Under the pieces are notes generated by a model that saw only the letters and a program-made list of their open reading frames with translations, did no database searches and was not told the origin of the DNA. Shown here piece by piece: positions 61,597-64,000 of a stretch of DNA of 64,000 nt. The stretch's first letter is position 1, and every line of letters begins with the position of its first letter. Origin of the DNA: Chloroflexota bacterium. Lineage in GTDB: Bacteria; Chloroflexota; UBA11872; VXOZ01. The position numbers and the translations under genes are program-made. Location: positions 2,304,001 to 2,368,000 of the forward strand of contig OZ244922.1 of NCBI GenBank assembly GCA_965221905.1, given 5' to 3'.

Positions 61597-62835
61597 TTAG
61601 AGCTGCACCCAATTCCCCTCCTGAACCACCAAACGCCCACCGCGCATCACTCCCCGCACGTCGGTCAGGGCCTCAATGCGATCCGCCACGTCCCCATTGA
61701 GCAGCACCAAGTCTGCCACCTTGCCAGTCTCAATCGTCCCAACCTCGTCCTGTAGCCACATTCCTTCCGCCGCGCGTCCGGTGACGCGAAAGATGACTTC
61801 CACCGGATCCAGCTTGAGCGTATGGCATGCCGCCACCAGTTTCTCCGGGAACGTAGCAATGTCCATCCCTAGATGGTCGCTGGAAAAGTACGATTTGCAT
61901 CCGCGCCGCTCCATATCTCGGATGAGATCGAAACGATGCTCTACCGGATCGGGGCCTTCCCAGCCAGTCACCGTGCCGTCGCGGTCCGCGATGCGCGGCA
62001 ACGTGGCAAAGACGTTCAAATCAACGAAGATTCCTTTTTCACCCGCTTCCTGCGCAACTTCAGGCACGTAGACGACAGACCCTTCCACCGACCCCAGCCA
62101 GTTGCAGTGGGCCAGAGCGTCCACGCCCGCGCGCACTGAATTCACGATACCCTCAGTGGCGTTGACGTGCGCGACGACTCGCTTGCGCAGCCGATGCGCG
62201 TCCTCCACCGCCACACGCATCTCCTCTTCGGAATACTGCGCCCGGTAGCGGTTGGTGGGAGGATCGGAAGCGCCGCCCGTCGCCATGATCTTGATGAAGT
62301 CCACGCCGCGAAAGACGAGCTTCCGAATCGCAATCTTGATCTGGTCGGCGTTGTCGGCCAATTCCTCAATACCCAGGTAGTGGCCGTGGCCCGCTGTTGT
62401 AGTGACACTGGGGCCGGCGGCAAGGATGCGCGGCCCGACTACGCCGCCTTGATTGATGGCATCACGCACGAACAACAACACATCGCCAATACTGCCGCAG
62501 TCGGCGAGCGTAGTGAGACCGGCTGCCATAGCAGCCCGCGCCGCTTGCAGGGTGTAAAGCGCAATGGCTTCTCTTGGGGCATCTACACCGGGATATGCAG
62601 GATCATCTCCATGTACGATCGTAAGGTGGGCATGGCCGTCGATCATACCGGGAATGAGGGAAGCGCCCGCGCCGTCGATCTCCTCCCAACCCGAGCGATC
62701 CGGTAATGCGGAATCGAGCTCTTGCCGAGTGCCCACAAAGACTATGCGTTCATCTTCGATTACTACGCAGGCATTGCGCTGGGCTTCGACTCCCGTGCCA
62801 TCGATCAATACGTCCGGACAAATCAGTGTGGGCAT
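61597..62835 (-). CDS. Metal-dependent amidohydrolase
   Basis: IPGMIDGHAHL, DFIKIMATGG, VVAHV, LAHC and GTIETGKVADLVLL. Confidence 0.92.
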   Translation of the reverse strand: MPTLICPDVLIDGTGVEAQRNACVVIEDERIVFVGTRQELDSALPDRSGWEEIDGAGASLIPGMIDGHAHLTIVHGDDPAYPGVDAPREAIALYTLQAARAAMAAGLTTLADCGSIGDVLLFVRDAINQGGVVGPRILAAGPSVTTTAGHGHYLGIEELADNADQIKIAIRKLVFRGVDFIKIMATGGASDPPTNRYRAQYSEEEMRVAVEDAHRLRKRVVAHVNATEGIVNSVRAGVDALAHCNWLGSVEGSVVYVPEVAQEAGEKGIFVDLNVFATLPRIADRDGTVTGWEGPDPVEHRFDLIRDMERRGCKSYFSSDHLGMDIATFPEKLVAACHTLKLDPVEVIFRVTGRAAEGMWLQDEVGTIETGKVADLVLLNGDVADRIEALTDVRGVMRGGRLVVQEGNWVQL

Positions 62836-63212
62836 GGCGAAATCTCCTTAGTCAGGCGGATTGTTGTCGATGGGTTACCGAACTGGGTCGCGCGAGGCGC
62901 GGCACTTGCGTTGCCAATGAAGGGACGTGCTAGTATCTGCAAGTACCATCCAACCGCACTGCGTGTCCGGCACACCTCATCCTACCGTACACGGCGAATG
63001 CTACTCTAGTGTATGGTATCTCCAGGATTTGCACACCGCGTTCATAGCGGCCCCTCGCTGCAGAAAGATGCGCATGTGAATCTAAGCAGGCATGCGGTCT
63101 AGGCTGTCTGGAGGCTGAAGTCTGCAAGAGTCCGGCTTGATCTGAGTAGCTATCGTAACCTCAATGCAAAGCACGGCAATGTTACAGCATCGTAGAGGAG
63201 GGATTTTGCATT

Positions 63213-64000
63213 ATGTCCGAAACAAGCTTGACCGATCCTCGAACAGTTGGCATGGACTCGGCTCAGCTCGAACGCGCCAACGCGCTCATCGCGGGCTGGA
63301 CTGAGAGCGGCTTCATGCCTGCCGCAGTCCTGCACGTGGCCCGGCACGGCAAGACCGTCGCCCACCGCGCATTTGGACGCATTACCCAAGCGCCGGGTGG
63401 GCCGCCGGCGCAGCAAGACAGCATTTTCATTATTGCTTCAATCTCTAAACCGGTGACGTATACGGCGCTGCTGCGGCTGGTTGACGAAGGATCGGTCAGC
63501 CTCAGCGATCCGGTCTCGCGGTTCATCCCGGAGTTTGCGGATCAGTCGTCGACGGAGGCACCGGATCGGAATGCGGTACAGATTCGCCACATCTGCACGC
63601 ACACATCCGGCCTGCCGGATATGGTGCCAAATAACGTGTTGCTGCGCCGCCAACATGCGCCTTTCGAGACCTTCATCGAGCATATCTGCAAGGTTCCGCT
63701 GCTCTTTGCGCCGGGCACAAACATCTCCTATCAGAGTGCGGGCACGGCCCTAGCTGCGGAGATTGTGCAGCGCGTGCGCAGAAAGCCGCTGCGACAAGTG
63801 CTCGCCGCCGAGGTGTTCGAACCGTTGGGCATGACCGACACCTCGCTCGGCTGGAATCCTGAAAAGGAGTCGCGCATTGTGGAAGCCACGCAACCGTCGC
63901 ATCTCACCGGTTCCGACTACGATCACAACAGCCTTTACTGGCGGGAATTCGGTGCGCCGTGGGGCGGACTCTTCTCTACGGTTGGTGATATCGGTCGCAT
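63213..64000 (+). CDS. Beta-lactamase-family serine hydrolase (partial, runs off the window)
   Basis: GAGGAGG RBS and ATG at 63213. Translation includes FIIASISKPVTY (SxxK), LSDPVSRFIPEF, IRHICTHTSGL and FAPGTNISYQS. Confidence 0.88.
   Translation, partial: MSETSLTDPRTVGMDSAQLERANALIAGWTESGFMPAAVLHVARHGKTVAHRAFGRITQAPGGPPAQQDSIFIIASISKPVTYTALLRLVDEGSVSLSDPVSRFIPEFADQSSTEAPDRNAVQIRHICTHTSGLPDMVPNNVLLRRQHAPFETFIEHICKVPLLFAPGTNISYQSAGTALAAEIVQRVRRKPLRQVLAAEVFEPLGMTDTSLGWNPEKESRIVEATQPSHLTGSDYDHNSLYWREFGAPWGGLFSTVGDIGR

Overview
GC-rich bacterial chromosomal segment. The gene content (Tat-lipoprotein solute-binding proteins, a baseplate-J-like gene before ruvX-mltG, a Calx-beta giant protein) suggests Chloroflexota; this is an inference. 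1-16.7 kb looks like a decaying accessory island. It holds a >4,500-codon Calx-beta/Ig-repeat surface protein gene on the minus strand, split by one in-frame TAG at 6451-6453 and running off the left edge. It also holds a divergent, pseudogenised hybrid GAF-PAS-kinase-REC-wHTH regulator and a degenerate tRNA-Val-like remnant. Next come a UGC-motif redoxin-TPR selenoprotein with a SECIS-like hairpin (truncated in the ORF track), a degenerate GAF/HD-GYP protein, an MFS transporter, a DegT aminotransferase and a glycogen debranching enzyme. Two tandem cupredoxin-like/Ig/PQQ-sugar-dehydrogenase lipoproteins, tRNA-Phe, tRNA-Val, gltB and a set of small-molecule enzymes follow. At 40.3-42.1 kb a ~62-bp tandem REP-like array is interrupted by an intact IS110 element. 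Its upstream non-coding end carries readable bridge-RNA guides matching both its target repeat and its own donor junction; this is the best finding in the window. The right part has housekeeping genes (rpe, LysM-M23, pheA, ferredoxin, sixA-like, DUF1854 plus ABC transporter, mltG, ruvX), two mosaic paralogous solute-binding proteins, an amidohydrolase and a partial serine hydrolase. All product calls come from motif recognition by eye; no database searches were run.
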